Part shown: piece by piece, positions 62,760 to 63,724 of the stretch
Position numbering within the stretch: the stretch's first letter is position 1
How the letters are laid out: each line of letters starts with the position of its first letter
Assembly: GCF_001194135.2 (NCBI RefSeq)
Contig: NC_068988.1
Span: forward strand, 91,446,225-91,509,948
From: Octopus bimaculoides
Lineage: Eukaryota
Length of the DNA stretch: 63,724 nt
Direction of reading: 5' to 3'
Notes under the pieces: generated by a model
What the model was told of the DNA's origin: nothing
Seen by the model: the letters and a program-made list of their open reading frames with translations, nothing else
Databases searched by the model: none
Made by a program: the position numbers and the translations under genes

Positions 62760-63640
62760 ACATGTAATCCAGTACAACCTGTTGCATGGTCGGGTTGCGG
62801 GTGACTAAACTGGCACCCTCACCAGGCTATCCTGGTGAGGAGGGTTGCTAGAAACTCAGCAGGATTAAAAACAAGACCTGTTGAAAGTTCGGATGAACCT
62901 AGTGAAGGCTCAACAGCTATCTAGCAATAGCACGGGGTACGCAGAAATTTTGGGATGGTGTCCGGCGTGCTGAAAGACCACTGGGAGTGAGGCATCCCTC
63001 AGCTTTTATTGAAGCATGTCTCTAGGAGAAGGTCACTCTGATATAAAACCAGATATGCAGGGAATGGCATTGGACATTTTGGGGATCTTTGGTTTGTGCT
63101 AGAGATCACGGCGCTCCCACATCCCTGAGCCTGCAACTCATATTGGCACCAGACATCTTGCTCTGGCTTGTCTTTGGATAATGTCAATAAAGTGGAGAGG
63201 GTCTATGAGGCGTTGGGCAAGCCTTATTGGACCTAAAACACTGCACAGGCATTGCCGACCTCTGCTCGATATGTGGATTTTTGTTTTCACCTATATATAT
63301 TTATCTTATTTTTAGTATATATTTTCTTCATTTTTAGTATATATTTTTAGTATTTTTTTTTTATTCAGAAGACCTGCGGCAATGGGAAGGTGGTGAAGCA
63401 TGCAGACCTGACGGGTTGGAAGCATGTAGTCAGTGACCTGCATGTAGGCGGCCCATGCTAGATATAAAGTCGTCTCCTTGTCACCCAAGACAGCGGTAGG
63501 ATTCGGTTGTTGCATGGGTGTCTGAGCAGCTCTATTTGGCGAGGGCACTGCTCACCCAGAGGCCGGGGAAGTTCTAGAAAAGGTGAACCAAAAATGCGTC
63601 TTTCCATATCTGCTCAGTTTAATGTGACTGACGGATGTCC
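62760..63640 (+). mobile_element. Probable RTE 5' UTR segment in the opposite orientation to the adjacent RT part
   Basis: GC-rich non-coding block abutting the RTE. Its motifs (GGTCGGGTTGCGGGTGACTAA, CCTGGTGAGGAGGG) are recalled as RTE 5'UTR-like; the orientation call is tentative. Confidence 0.4.
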
Positions 63641-63724
63641 ACCCTGCGCTCGAAAAACAAGGAGTCTTTTATTTATAAAATCTGAAAAGAACTTAGACAT
63701 TTCATGTTGGAATGTGCGCACTCT

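Overview
AT-rich, gap-containing (11 N-runs) eukaryotic genomic DNA. The SINE, RTE and microsatellite content suggests an octopod cephalopod; this is inferred from repeat style, not proven. No intact protein-coding gene is visible. The main hidden structure is a roughly 45-kb chain of more than 20 short, collinear, + strand exon relics (about 13.6-58.8 kb). They match the meiotic double-strand-break factor MEI1 from its N- to near its C-terminus, by eye against the human sequence recalled from memory. They carry in-frame stops, frameshifts, deletions and a broken splice donor, so they look like a decayed MEI1 pseudogene. The rest is mostly mobile DNA: a Tigger/pogo relic, mariner relics, TTAA- and TA-flanked MITEs, a 480-bp foldback element, a non-autonomous Helitron, RTE, Penelope and CR1/Jockey-like LINE relics, several tRNA-derived SINE families, and two solo LTRs of one family, each with its own 4-bp TSD. 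A 560-bp inverted duplication carries one apparently intact type I hammerhead ribozyme (40001-40082) and one mutated copy. All protein and repeat-family assignments were made by eye without databases and need computational confirmation.
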